This document shows positions 19,075-28,787 of a stretch of 64,000 nt of DNA, one piece after another (position 1 is the first letter of the stretch; every line of letters starts with the position of its first letter). A program made the translations under genes and the position numbers. The stretch is from an uncultured Acidobacteriota bacterium. Lineage in GTDB: Bacteria; Acidobacteriota; Terriglobia; UBA7540. Below the pieces are notes generated by a model. That model was given only the letters and a program-made list of their open reading frames with translations, made no database searches and was not told where the DNA came from. Where the stretch lies: positions 320,001 to 384,000 of the forward strand of contig CAWDSK010000006.1 in the NCBI GenBank assembly GCA_963804995.1, written 5' to 3'.

Positions 19075-21042
19075 TTAGTTGATCATGACGATTCCGCCCT
19101 GGCACTGGAGCATGGCGCCGGCCGTCACCTTGGTCATAACCTGTCCGTTGATGGTAATCATCATCCCCTGGATGGTCACGCCCATTTGATCAACCTTTAC
19201 GCTGCTTTGCCCCACCGTGAGGGTGATCGATTGCATGGCCTCGGTCGAACTCGCGCCCAAATCCAACTTCGTAGTTTGATTTCCCATGGATATTTTCAGC
19301 GAATCGTTGCCCATGCTGATCTCCACGCTGCGGTTACCCATGTCGATCTTGTGGTCGTCATTGCCTTGCGAAACCTCAACCAGTCGGTTCCCAGTCTTAA
19401 TGGTAACCGATTCGTTACCCTGATCAACGGTCTCGGTCCGATTGTTCTTAACATCGATGGTCTGGTCATGGCCGACGGTCAAGGAATCGTCATTCTCAAC
19501 CTCCCGAGTCATGTCCTTTTCCGCGTGGATAAAGAACATTTCACTTCCCTTTTTGTCTTCGAAGTGGATTTCGTTGAAGTTGTCGGTGCCCCCGCCTTTT
19601 GAGCTGCGGGTTTTCATAACGCTTTGCGTCATGTTATCGGGCAGGGTGTAGGGCGGCATCTGTTCCGCGTTGTAAACCCGCCCGGTAACCAGCGGCTGAT
19701 CGGGATCCCCCTCCAGAAAATCCACCATCACCTCCTGGCCAATGCGCGGTAGGAAGATCACACCCCAATTCTTGCCCGCCCAGAACTGCGACACACGAAT
19801 CCAACAGGAACTATTCTCATCCTTCTTTCCCTGCCGGTCCCAGAAAAACTGCACCTTGATCCGGCCGTATTTATCCGTGTAAATCTCTTCCCCCGAAGGG
19901 CCCACCACCACTGCCGGCTGTGGTCCCATAATGGTGGGATGGGGAGTTGAGCGCAGAGGCCGAAAGGGAACGGAGGCAGGAATACATCGGAAGGAATTGG
20001 AGTAATGTTCTTCCGTGCCGCCCCTCCGAGAACCAAAACCCGTGGTCCGGGCGTGATGCTCAATGTCCGTCAAGAGGTAGGAAGTGTTCATGTCCTCGCG
20101 GTAATGCTCCGTCAACGTGAACTTATAGCCGCTAACCATGCTGCGCGCATCACTTGTCCCATTGATGACCAGATGCACTGCTTCCTCTTCCTGCATCCGG
20201 ATTTTCGTCAAGGGCACCCCTTCGCCTTTATTCAGGTACTTTCCAGGATAATCGTAGGTATCATATTGACTGTTTCCGCCCACGCTGTCGAGAGTGGCGG
20301 AGGTAGCAAGCAGACTACTGCTCGGCGTTTCAAAATTGTAGTCGGTGAGAGTACATTTACCCGTGCGCAACTCCTGCTCGGCGTGCCATCCGTCCACCAC
20401 GTCCTCATCCAGAACCGCATGAGTTTCAAAGTAGAAACGGAATTGGTTCTGGCCCGGGCAATTCGCGTTGGCGCTGGCATCGTCGCCCATCACTAGCGTG
20501 TGTTTGTCCTGCTCATGTTTGAAAAAGTAGAAAATGCCGTACTCTTCCATGAGCCGGGATACAAAATTGAAATCAGTTTCGCGGTATTGGACGCAGTAGT
20601 CCCGCGCTGTGTAGGAACCCTTGGTTGAATCAGTAAAATCATTGAAGCCCAGATTGGTAAATACCTTCTTGATAATATCCGGTATTTTCATTTTCTGAAA
20701 AATGCGGCAATCCGCGGTGCGCGTCAGGAACCAAAGCCAGGGGACCATTTCCGCATGGTAAGAGGTGAAGGTTTCATCCGCGCCCCCCTGGCCAAAGCGG
20801 CTGATAACCCCGCTGAGGTACCGGGGAGTACCGTCCGCTTGGGTCACCGCGATGGTCACATTTTTCCCGATGATTTGGGTGAAATCGATGCTGGGGTCTT
20901 CGGATAGGAGGTCTAATTCGAAGCGAAAGAGCCGCGAAATCCCTTCTGACCCCCTGAACCCTTTCAGGAGGAGTTTATCCTTTCCCAATGGCGTGGTGAG
21001 GGTGAAGAGACTGGTCTCACCGTGTACGAAGCTCGTCCCCAT
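19075..21042 (-). CDS. vgrG: T6SS spike protein VgrG with Gp5-like C-terminal repeats and no effector extension
   Basis: 'YCVQYRETDFNFVSRL', 'DKYGRIKVQFFWDR', 'PRIGQEVMVDFLEGDPDQP'. Confidence 0.97.
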   Translation of the reverse strand: MGTSFVHGETSLFTLTTPLGKDKLLLKGFRGSEGISRLFRFELDLLSEDPSIDFTQIIGKNVTIAVTQADGTPRYLSGVISRFGQGGADETFTSYHAEMVPWLWFLTRTADCRIFQKMKIPDIIKKVFTNLGFNDFTDSTKGSYTARDYCVQYRETDFNFVSRLMEEYGIFYFFKHEQDKHTLVMGDDASANANCPGQNQFRFYFETHAVLDEDVVDGWHAEQELRTGKCTLTDYNFETPSSSLLATSATLDSVGGNSQYDTYDYPGKYLNKGEGVPLTKIRMQEEEAVHLVINGTSDARSMVSGYKFTLTEHYREDMNTSYLLTDIEHHARTTGFGSRRGGTEEHYSNSFRCIPASVPFRPLRSTPHPTIMGPQPAVVVGPSGEEIYTDKYGRIKVQFFWDRQGKKDENSSCWIRVSQFWAGKNWGVIFLPRIGQEVMVDFLEGDPDQPLVTGRVYNAEQMPPYTLPDNMTQSVMKTRSSKGGGTDNFNEIHFEDKKGSEMFFIHAEKDMTREVENDDSLTVGHDQTIDVKNNRTETVDQGNESVTIKTGNRLVEVSQGNDDHKIDMGNRSVEISMGNDSLKISMGNQTTKLDLGASSTEAMQSITLTVGQSSVKVDQMGVTIQGMMITINGQVMTKVTAGAMLQCQGGIVMIN

Positions 21043-21122
21043 GAATTTGCTCCTCCTGGTTGGGTTACGAACGGGTTCTCGCCCGCTACCCCTCATTCAA
21101 TTATTACCCGCTTTTCTTATCC

Positions 21123-22553
21123 TTAATTCACAGCGTCCCGCTTTGATTGGCCCCTGATCGCTTCGATCAGCCCGTCCTTGGCTGCGTCGACGGCCTTTTT
21201 CGCCCACTGTTCCCAGTTGGCCTCGACGTATTTCACCGCCATGTCGATCAACGAGCCATCGGTCAGCTTCTTCAGCGTGAACTCCGTCAGCTTCTTTTCG
21301 GCAGCGTCGGCTTTGACGCCCTGCGGTGACGTCACCGCATCTTTGATCCAATCCGTAGTCGCGCCAGCGATGAGCTCACGGATCTTGCCACTGATGGGGT
21401 TTCCCAAGGCCTTGATGGCGGAAAGCAATCCCAAGTCGAAAAAGAACTTGTCCAGATACGTGAAGCAAGTATTCACGAACCGGCTCAGCGGGCCGGTGGC
21501 CATGGCATTGCCGCGGAAGAGAGTCCAAAAGGGGTTTAACGCCTCCGCGAGCCCCTTCTTGTGGCACTCCGCCCACTTGATTTCCGCCTGGTCCGACATC
21601 TTGGCCAGTTGGGCCGACGATTGCAACCAATGGATCTGATCGACAGTGATGGTATCGCCGGCCACCCCGGGACTCGTCATGAGCTTATTGGACGCCGCCA
21701 TACGAATGGCGTACATGTACAGATGAAAGTATTGGGACGCCATTTCCTTGATGAAACCTGTGAGGTAAGCCCTCACGAGCACCAGGATCTTGGGTCTGAT
21801 ATATTTGAGCGCTCGGCGCAAGACCTCGCGGGCAATATATTTTTCGCTGACCTCGGCCGCGGCCTTGGCCTCCCAGCCTCCCGTGAGCCCCCAGAGGAAG
21901 TCCATGAAGAGGCCGGTGAACTCATGGATGATCACGTTGAGTTCAGCCAATTCGGCCGCCAATTCCTTCCAGATTAAGTCGACGGCAAAGTCCTCCGGGT
22001 AGTCCCATTGACGGGGAAACGGCACGATGGTGCCTCCCGCCACCAAGCAGCGACGGAAGATGACCCCGCCACTCCACTGATCGGTCAAGCTGGGGATGAT
22101 CTTCGTGATGACGAAGAGCACGCGGTATCTATCGTCAGAATCAATATCCAGCACGAAAAACAGCAGGGCCGTGAAGACGTTGGAACCGGGATCGTCGAAA
22201 CCAAGATGGCGGAGTTGGCTGCGGCTGACGCTGCCGTGGTTGAGGGTGTCGCCCTCGCAAAGCCAGGAGGAGTCTTTCTTGGGATCCGCACGCGATACTA
22301 GCCCGGGGGGCGGGTAAACTATTTGTCCATTCCTCCAGACTTCACACATGGGCTGGCCGGAACGTGAATAGACGTAGCGCACACGAATTCTTCCGTCGTT
22401 AGGCGGGGGATGGAACTCGGGCTGCTGCGGAATCGGCTGGGCCGCGCCCGCAGGCCGCACATCCATGTGTCCACGAAGGCCCTGGGCTGGGGGAACTTGC
22501 GAAAATTGTTGCTGCTGGTCTTTCCCTAGAGAGCCCGGAACTTTTCCAGTCAT
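21123..22553 (-). CDS. Hypothetical protein, candidate T6SS cargo effector
   Basis: 476 aa with GGAGG RBS, between tssH and vgrG; no recognised family. Confidence 0.7.
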   Translation of the reverse strand: MTGKVPGSLGKDQQQQFSQVPPAQGLRGHMDVRPAGAAQPIPQQPEFHPPPNDGRIRVRYVYSRSGQPMCEVWRNGQIVYPPPGLVSRADPKKDSSWLCEGDTLNHGSVSRSQLRHLGFDDPGSNVFTALLFFVLDIDSDDRYRVLFVITKIIPSLTDQWSGGVIFRRCLVAGGTIVPFPRQWDYPEDFAVDLIWKELAAELAELNVIIHEFTGLFMDFLWGLTGGWEAKAAAEVSEKYIAREVLRRALKYIRPKILVLVRAYLTGFIKEMASQYFHLYMYAIRMAASNKLMTSPGVAGDTITVDQIHWLQSSAQLAKMSDQAEIKWAECHKKGLAEALNPFWTLFRGNAMATGPLSRFVNTCFTYLDKFFFDLGLLSAIKALGNPISGKIRELIAGATTDWIKDAVTSPQGVKADAAEKKLTEFTLKKLTDGSLIDMAVKYVEANWEQWAKKAVDAAKDGLIEAIRGQSKRDAVN

Positions 22554-22744
22554 GGCGTCCTCCGCCAGGTACGCTTTGGAAATGTGGCATTACAATTAAG
22601 TCCGGCGGGAACTCCGGTCAGGATTGCTCCCGCAACCGGCCCCACGCGAATGCCCCCCGGGCATGGGAACCTTCACAGGGAAGACCCCTCCCCCTCGGCA
22701 TTAAACACCGTGCAGCGTGAACTCCCCGTCCATGCAGGCCGTGC

Positions 22745-25450
22745 TTAGTTGTACACAAACGCCCCATTGGCTCCGATGCCGACGTGGATACTCGCCACCT
22801 TCTCGCCCTCGGCCATTCGCCCCAACAACTGCCGGGAAATATCCGGCAGCAGGGTGTTGGTGAGAATGTTGTCCACGTTCCGGGCTCCGCTCTCAACTTC
22901 CGTGCAGCGGCTGGCGACAACGTCCACCAGGGCCGGCTCATAGGTCAGCCGAATCTGGTGGTTCTCTTCGATGCGTTTCCGAATTCTCCCCAGCTTCAAT
23001 TCGATGATCAACTTGAGGGAATCTTCGCGGATCGGGTAGAAGGGGATGAGCACCATGCGGCCGAGAAAAGCCGGCTTGAAGATCTTATTCAGCTCGGGCC
23101 GCATCGCTTTGATAATGCCTTCCGCCGAGGGCATGGTTTCCTTATCGGCACACAGCTTCATCATCTGATCGGTGCAGGCGTTAGAGGTGAGGATAATGAT
23201 GGTGTTCTTGAAATCAATTTCGCGGCCCTCGCCATCTTCCATCTTACCTTTATCGAATACCTGATAGAAGAGTTCCAGAACATCCGGATGCGCTTTCTCC
23301 ACTTCATCGAGCAAAACCACCGAGTACGGGCGCCTGCGGACGGCTTCCGTCAATACCCCGCCCTCGCCGTAGCCGACATATCCCGGCGGCGAGCCTTTCA
23401 AGGTCGAAACCGTGTGCGGCTCCTGAAATTCCGACATGTTGATGGTGATGAGGTTGTGTTCTCCGCCGTAAAGCAGATCGGAGAGCGCCAGGGCCGTCTC
23501 GGTCTTTCCCACACCGCTGGGGCCTACCAGCATAAAGACCCCGATAGGCTTGTTGGGATCATCGAGGGCGGCGCGGGAGGTCTGCACGCGTTGGGCGATC
23601 ATGTCCAAGGCATGCTCCTGGCCGATGACACGCTTTCCCAGCAGCGAACCGAGCGAAAGCACGGTGGAGATTTCATTTTTCAGCATCTTTCCCACCGGGA
23701 TACCGGTCCACGCAGCAAGCACCTCGCCTACAATCTGGGCGTCAACCGCCACCCGCAACATGGGGGTTTCACCTTGCAAGGCGGCAAGCTCCGCTTCCAC
23801 CTTGGCGAGTTCGGCGCGCAAGGCCTCAGGATTCGCAGCTGGTGCGGGGGCGGCAGCCGCAGCGGGTTGGGGTGCGGCAACCGGCGCTGGCGCCTGAGCC
23901 GGGGCAGCGGCAGGAGCCTTTCCTGTTGCGCCCTCGATTTGGGTTTGGAGGTCCCGGATCTTGGAAACGAGTTCGAATTCCTTGGTCCAGCGCTCGCGCA
24001 GAACCTTTAGACGGGCCTCGACCTCGACCTTTTGCTTGGCGATTTCCGCCAAGCGTTCCGCATGATCGGCTCCGACGGCCGTCTCGCGCTCCAGGATTAC
24101 CCGCTGAACTTCCAGATCATCCAGTTGACGCCCCGCATCCTCGATGAGGGGCGGCGTGGCGCTTTGCCCGAGGGCCAGGCGCGCGCAGGCTGTGTCCAAG
24201 ATGCTGACCGCTTTGTCGGGCAACTGCCTCCCCGCCAGATAGCGATGGGAAAGCCGCACGGCGGCCGTCAGCCCTTCATCCATAATACGAACCTTGTGAT
24301 GCTTCTCCAGGGAAGGAACAATGCCGCGCAACATAACGGAGCATTGCAGTTCGACCGGTTCTTCCACCTTGACAACCTGAAACCGCCGCGCCAAGGCGGG
24401 GTCCTTTTCAAAGTACTTTTTGTATTCGGACCACGTGGTGGCGGCAATCGTGCGCATTTCACCACGCGCCAGGGCGGGCTTCAGCAGGTTGGCAGCATCG
24501 TTCTGCCCGGCTTGGCCACCGGCACCAATCATGGTGTGGGCCTCGTCAATAAACAAAATAATGGGCACGGGAGAAGCTTTGACTTCTTCAATCAGGCCCT
24601 TGAGGCGGTTTTCAAATTCACCCTTGATGCCTGCCCCAGCCTGGAGCAACGCCAGATCGAGAGTGCGAACCACGACGTTGCGGAGGGGGGGCGGCACATC
24701 TCCCTTGGCGACGCGCGCCGCGAAGCCTTCCACCACCGCCGTCTTCCCCACCCCCGCTTCGCCGGTGAGGATGGGGTTGTTTTGCCGGCGGCGCATCAGG
24801 ATATCGATAATCTGGCGGATCTCCACATCTCGTCCCAATACCGGGTCGATTTTTCCGGCCTTGGCGTTCTCGGTGAGATTGACGGTGAATTGATCGAGAT
24901 TGGCGGTCTTACCCGCGCCAGCCGGACGCGGAGCCCCCGGAGCGCCCGCAGGCGCCCCCGCGGGCTCCACCATCTCTTCCTCCGAATGTTCCACGATGGA
25001 GAGAAAATCCTTGCGCAGGACTTCCCCCTCGATTTTCTGGAGTTCCTTGCTTACCTCGCGAACCAGCCGGCTGAGCTCCTCATTCGTCACCAGAGCCACG
25101 ACGGTGAACCCCGTCCGAATCTCTCCGGAACCGAAATCAATGGACCCGATCGTCCAAGCTTCGGTCAGCATCTTGACCAGCGAAGGACTCAAGGTCGGGG
25201 TGCGCGCATTTCCCTTCTTGAGCTTGTCAAGGCTCCGGGTCAGCTCTGCGGTGAGACGCGATTTGTCGACGCCGAAACGATTGACGATCTGGGCAAAGTC
25301 CCCGTCCGGTTGATCCAGGAGCTTGAGCACATAGTGCTCGACTTCAATGTCATAGTTGGTGCGAGTCAGGCACAGGCCGGCAGATGACTCCAAGGTCTTC
25401 CGGGTAGACTCATTGAGTTTTCCGATCAGCGACTTGAGGTTGATGTTCAT
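22745..25450 (-). CDS. tssH: ClpV AAA+ ATPase
   Basis: Two Walker A motifs (GEAGVGKT, GPSGVGKT), 'RRRQNNPIL', 'LKGSPPGYVGYGEGG'. Confidence 0.97.
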   Translation of the reverse strand: MNINLKSLIGKLNESTRKTLESSAGLCLTRTNYDIEVEHYVLKLLDQPDGDFAQIVNRFGVDKSRLTAELTRSLDKLKKGNARTPTLSPSLVKMLTEAWTIGSIDFGSGEIRTGFTVVALVTNEELSRLVREVSKELQKIEGEVLRKDFLSIVEHSEEEMVEPAGAPAGAPGAPRPAGAGKTANLDQFTVNLTENAKAGKIDPVLGRDVEIRQIIDILMRRRQNNPILTGEAGVGKTAVVEGFAARVAKGDVPPPLRNVVVRTLDLALLQAGAGIKGEFENRLKGLIEEVKASPVPIILFIDEAHTMIGAGGQAGQNDAANLLKPALARGEMRTIAATTWSEYKKYFEKDPALARRFQVVKVEEPVELQCSVMLRGIVPSLEKHHKVRIMDEGLTAAVRLSHRYLAGRQLPDKAVSILDTACARLALGQSATPPLIEDAGRQLDDLEVQRVILERETAVGADHAERLAEIAKQKVEVEARLKVLRERWTKEFELVSKIRDLQTQIEGATGKAPAAAPAQAPAPVAAPQPAAAAAPAPAANPEALRAELAKVEAELAALQGETPMLRVAVDAQIVGEVLAAWTGIPVGKMLKNEISTVLSLGSLLGKRVIGQEHALDMIAQRVQTSRAALDDPNKPIGVFMLVGPSGVGKTETALALSDLLYGGEHNLITINMSEFQEPHTVSTLKGSPPGYVGYGEGGVLTEAVRRRPYSVVLLDEVEKAHPDVLELFYQVFDKGKMEDGEGREIDFKNTIIILTSNACTDQMMKLCADKETMPSAEGIIKAMRPELNKIFKPAFLGRMVLIPFYPIREDSLKLIIELKLGRIRKRIEENHQIRLTYEPALVDVVASRCTEVESGARNVDNILTNTLLPDISRQLLGRMAEGEKVASIHVGIGANGAFVYN

Positions 25451-26498
25451 ACGCGTTTCCTTCCCAAAGCTGAAGAATGGTTTCCGAGGCATCCACCTTC
25501 ATGGGCCGGGTGGTGACATAGGTATGCCATCCGAGTTGAGGAGCGTTCTCCCCTTCCGCGCCCAGTTCACAAGGCGGCACATCCCGGTGGTCCAGAATCA
25601 GTTGGATCTCAAAATCAAATTCCCCGTTGGAAAAAAGTCTGGTCAAGGCCCCTAGGGGCGCGAAGGCGGAGCCTTGGGGAAGGAAATCCTGGTACTGTTC
25701 CAAGGATAAGGGCCCGATTTTAATACGGACACGGGCCGTCTGATCCCACACCTCATCCCCCACGACCGCCCCAAATCCCAGTTGCTCAGATTCACCGAGT
25801 CCACCTTGGAGAGCCGTTTGCGTATTTCGGTCAAGCGGATACCAGCCACCGGCGAATTGTTCCACCTCAACGGGGACTTCGAAGTAATCGCCGAGAAGAT
25901 TGCGGAGGGCCGACGCCGAATGTGGCCGTTGGGCCAGAAGCCCGGAGTAATAAAGCAGTGAATCATCGAGCACCGAGAGCCGGTTTTGCAGACCGGGCGT
26001 TCCCATGCCAATCAAATCCATCAAATGGTGGGAAAAAGGGTCCAGGCCCTCGCGCTCATAAGCAACGGAAAACCGGTATTTCTCCCAAGCCAGATAAAAA
26101 AGCGAAATAATGCGATGGTTGAAAATATCAAAAAAATCGACCGCGGAACGATCGCCCGAGCGCGTTCGCTCCGCTAACAAGGACGTGTAGTAGAGGGGCA
26201 AGACACCTTCCGGCCCTGTCAAACCCATGAAGTTAACCTGCATCCGCCCCGGGCCGTCTTGGGGCCATTCGAGAGCTTGCACTTCGCTGGCGGGAAAAGC
26301 CAGAGTGGAATTGGCGAGGAAGCGGACCACTTCGGCGCTGGGAGGATGGAACCCCCCCACCGGTGATTTGCCGGGGAAAAGGCGCTCCAGAAGGCGAACC
26401 GCCTGGAAGAACTCAAAGAGATAGGGTTCCTCCCGGAGTTCTGCTTCCACGGTGGAGACGCTTACATCAGGATCACTTGGCCTGCCCGTGGTGGCCAT
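25410..26498 (-). CDS. tssG: T6SS baseplate subunit TssG
   Basis: 'FEFFQAVRLLE', 'FMGLTGPEGVLP', 'DFFDIFNHR'. Confidence 0.95.
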   Translation of the reverse strand: MATTGRPSDPDVSVSTVEAELREEPYLFEFFQAVRLLERLFPGKSPVGGFHPPSAEVVRFLANSTLAFPASEVQALEWPQDGPGRMQVNFMGLTGPEGVLPLYYTSLLAERTRSGDRSAVDFFDIFNHRIISLFYLAWEKYRFSVAYEREGLDPFSHHLMDLIGMGTPGLQNRLSVLDDSLLYYSGLLAQRPHSASALRNLLGDYFEVPVEVEQFAGGWYPLDRNTQTALQGGLGESEQLGFGAVVGDEVWDQTARVRIKIGPLSLEQYQDFLPQGSAFAPLGALTRLFSNGEFDFEIQLILDHRDVPPCELGAEGENAPQLGWHTYVTTRPMKVDASETILQLWEGNAYEHQPQVADRKTQ

Positions 26499-28300
26499 TC
26501 TTTGAGCACCCCCCTGCGCTGACGAGTCTTGACAACGAGTTGGCTGAAGCTATTGAGCGAAGCGTAGAGGCCGAGGAAATGGTCCAAAACCGCGGCAAAT
26601 AGATAGACGCCGCTCCCCGCATAGTCTTCTTCGTCAAACTCCATTTGCACTTGGGTGCCGCGGGCGAAGGCAATTCCGCTCTCGGAATTGATGCGTGCAA
26701 AGTGACGTTTGCTACTTACCCCCGTGATTCCGGAGATTTGCTTGTCCACATCGGCGGAATCCGAAAAGTTATAGAGACGGAGGACCTCCTGCAAGGCTTC
26801 CTTGCCCTCCTCGACAATGGAGAGGTAGTTGAGCGCAAGATGAGAAATCAATCTCCAAAGAGCATTCCGCCCCATGGGCGGCCGGAGCGTTGGGGTGGGT
26901 TTGCGCAAGGCGACGGCGCCCTTCATCGATCCGATTCCCTCGACCTCGAAGTCGCCGCTTTCGTTCCCAAACGGCAGGCGGGAAGGAATGTCACGATTGG
27001 TGCAGGTGCAATGAGCGGTAATCACCTGTGCGTCCGGCAAGCAAGTATGCATGGAAAGGTCAACGAGAAATAGGGAGACCTCCGATCCCTCGTCCCCCTT
27101 CCGGCTGGAAGGACGCCGCGTGGAGTACCAGAACGTTTGGTTCTTTTCCCTCAGGGTGCGGTGCCGGTAGGAATAGAACGGTTCATAATGGGTAAGCTCA
27201 TGGGTGACCGGGTCAGAACTGACAACATCGTCGATGGAGAAAATCTCTGTGGCCATCCTCCGCCGCGCATCCGGAACCACGGGGTATTCCGACCGCCGCT
27301 GGGTCAACATGATGGGCTCAGCAGTTTGAGGAAACAGATTGATGACCGGCGCAGTCCCCAGAAGAATCGCTTTGGCCGTGACTGCCTCGGCCAATCTTTG
27401 CTGTCGCTGCTCGGCTTCAAATGGGGATATGAGAAAGATGATTTCCGCACGTTCGCCGGGAATCGCTTTCAAGGGTTGTTCCAGGCCGTTAAGTTCAAAA
27501 AAAAAGAATTTCTCCGGAAAGGCGAAATACTCCTGCAACAGCCTGTAGCCCTGGAAAGATCTTCGCGGGTACGGCAACACCGATTCCGATTCGGAAAACC
27601 CCATGGGCCGCAGGGACTTTATGTTGAGCGGGTGAGGGGGCTGCTTGGTATTATCGGGGTCCCGGATGATGATTTGCCGACAATTGTTGGACAGTAATTC
27701 GTACAGCGTATTCACCACATCGCCTTCACCGTTGAGAAAGAACCGCAGGGATGACATTTGGAGCTTGTCGAAATTGACATCAGGAAAGCAGCGGAGTTCC
27801 ACCCGGAGAGCGGCGACCGCGTCAGGAGCGCGCAAGGGGGGATTGAGTTTATCGGGGGTGATCCACCGGGCATCGCCCACTTCAACAGGCCAAAGGGTGA
27901 CATCGTAACATGTGCTAAATTTGCAAGGAACCCCATCCACCGGCCGGGAATACAGGACGGAATCGCGCGGAATTTCGAGACCGGTGGTCAGCTTTCCCTG
28001 CTCCGGGTCAAGGCGAAACTGCGCCACAGTCATGGAGGGGATAGGCCTAAGAAAATGGGGGTAAAGGATGTTGAGCAATCCCTCGGTAATCTGCGGGAAT
28101 TCATCGTCAATTTTCAGATGGACACGAGCGGCGAGAAGAGCAAACCCCTCCAGGAGCCTCTCCACATGCGGGTCTTCACACCGGTTTACGTCCAGTTGCA
28201 GGCGCGCGGCGATCTTGGGATGCTTCTCGGCGAATTCCTTCCCCATCTGGCGGAGAAAGGTAAGCTCATTTTCATAATAATCGAGAACTTTATCGCGCAT
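26462..28300 (-). CDS. tssF: T6SS baseplate subunit TssF
   Basis: 'YYENELTFLR', 'DPHVERLLEGFA', 'YRLLQEYFAFPEKF'. Confidence 0.97.
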   Translation of the reverse strand: MRDKVLDYYENELTFLRQMGKEFAEKHPKIAARLQLDVNRCEDPHVERLLEGFALLAARVHLKIDDEFPQITEGLLNILYPHFLRPIPSMTVAQFRLDPEQGKLTTGLEIPRDSVLYSRPVDGVPCKFSTCYDVTLWPVEVGDARWITPDKLNPPLRAPDAVAALRVELRCFPDVNFDKLQMSSLRFFLNGEGDVVNTLYELLSNNCRQIIIRDPDNTKQPPHPLNIKSLRPMGFSESESVLPYPRRSFQGYRLLQEYFAFPEKFFFFELNGLEQPLKAIPGERAEIIFLISPFEAEQRQQRLAEAVTAKAILLGTAPVINLFPQTAEPIMLTQRRSEYPVVPDARRRMATEIFSIDDVVSSDPVTHELTHYEPFYSYRHRTLREKNQTFWYSTRRPSSRKGDEGSEVSLFLVDLSMHTCLPDAQVITAHCTCTNRDIPSRLPFGNESGDFEVEGIGSMKGAVALRKPTPTLRPPMGRNALWRLISHLALNYLSIVEEGKEALQEVLRLYNFSDSADVDKQISGITGVSSKRHFARINSESGIAFARGTQVQMEFDEEDYAGSGVYLFAAVLDHFLGLYASLNSFSQLVVKTRQRRGVLKEWPPRAGQVILM

Positions 28301-28301
28301 G

Positions 28302-28787
28302 CTAGGTGCTCTTGACCTTGTATTCGCCTTTCGACGGCTCTAACAACGTATCAAAGAAAACCGGTTCCGGGGCTGGGTCCATGCGCAGCAAGCCCTCAAT
28401 ACTGAAGTGGATGCCGCGCACCACGTCAGAGGAAGGTTGGAGAGTCACCTTTACAGCCTGTAGCCTGGGCTCGAAGAAGCTGATCGCGCTCTTAATGGTT
28501 TTCGTCAGATATTCCTGGTCCTTGACCGACTGCAGGTACAGGCTGGTGGTGTCAGGGACGCCGTAATTGTAAACGGAATGCTCCACCTCCCGCAAAGATT
28601 CCGGGGGGTCTTCAATGGTGCTGCGCGTATTAAAGAGCCACTCCAAATCCCGCCGGAGCGCCGCCCGCAATTCCCGCAGTGATTGTGCTCTGGACATGGG
28701 GGGCTCCAGTTTGCGGTCCGGTTCATCATCGATGAGCCGATCCAGCACCGACAATGTTACGGGGCCTTCCTTGTCAAAAGATGGCAT
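28302..28787 (-). CDS. tssE: T6SS baseplate gp25-like subunit TssE
   Basis: 'SVLDRLID', 'RDLEWLFNTR', 'YGVPD', 'FEPRL'. Confidence 0.95.
   Translation of the reverse strand: MPSFDKEGPVTLSVLDRLIDDEPDRKLEPPMSRAQSLRELRAALRRDLEWLFNTRSTIEDPPESLREVEHSVYNYGVPDTTSLYLQSVKDQEYLTKTIKSAISFFEPRLQAVKVTLQPSSDVVRGIHFSIEGLLRMDPAPEPVFFDTLLEPSKGEYKVKST

Noticed and set aside
22784..25387. Long + strand ORFs (408 and 451 aa), and similarly 1379..2536
   Set aside because: Antisense shadows of tssH and the transposase, typical of GC-rich coding DNA
25410..25450. tssG/tssH 41 bp overlap as a recoding signal
   Set aside because: Most simply a lost stop codon (TGG after 'LQL') or an ordinary overlap; no slippery site or structure seen
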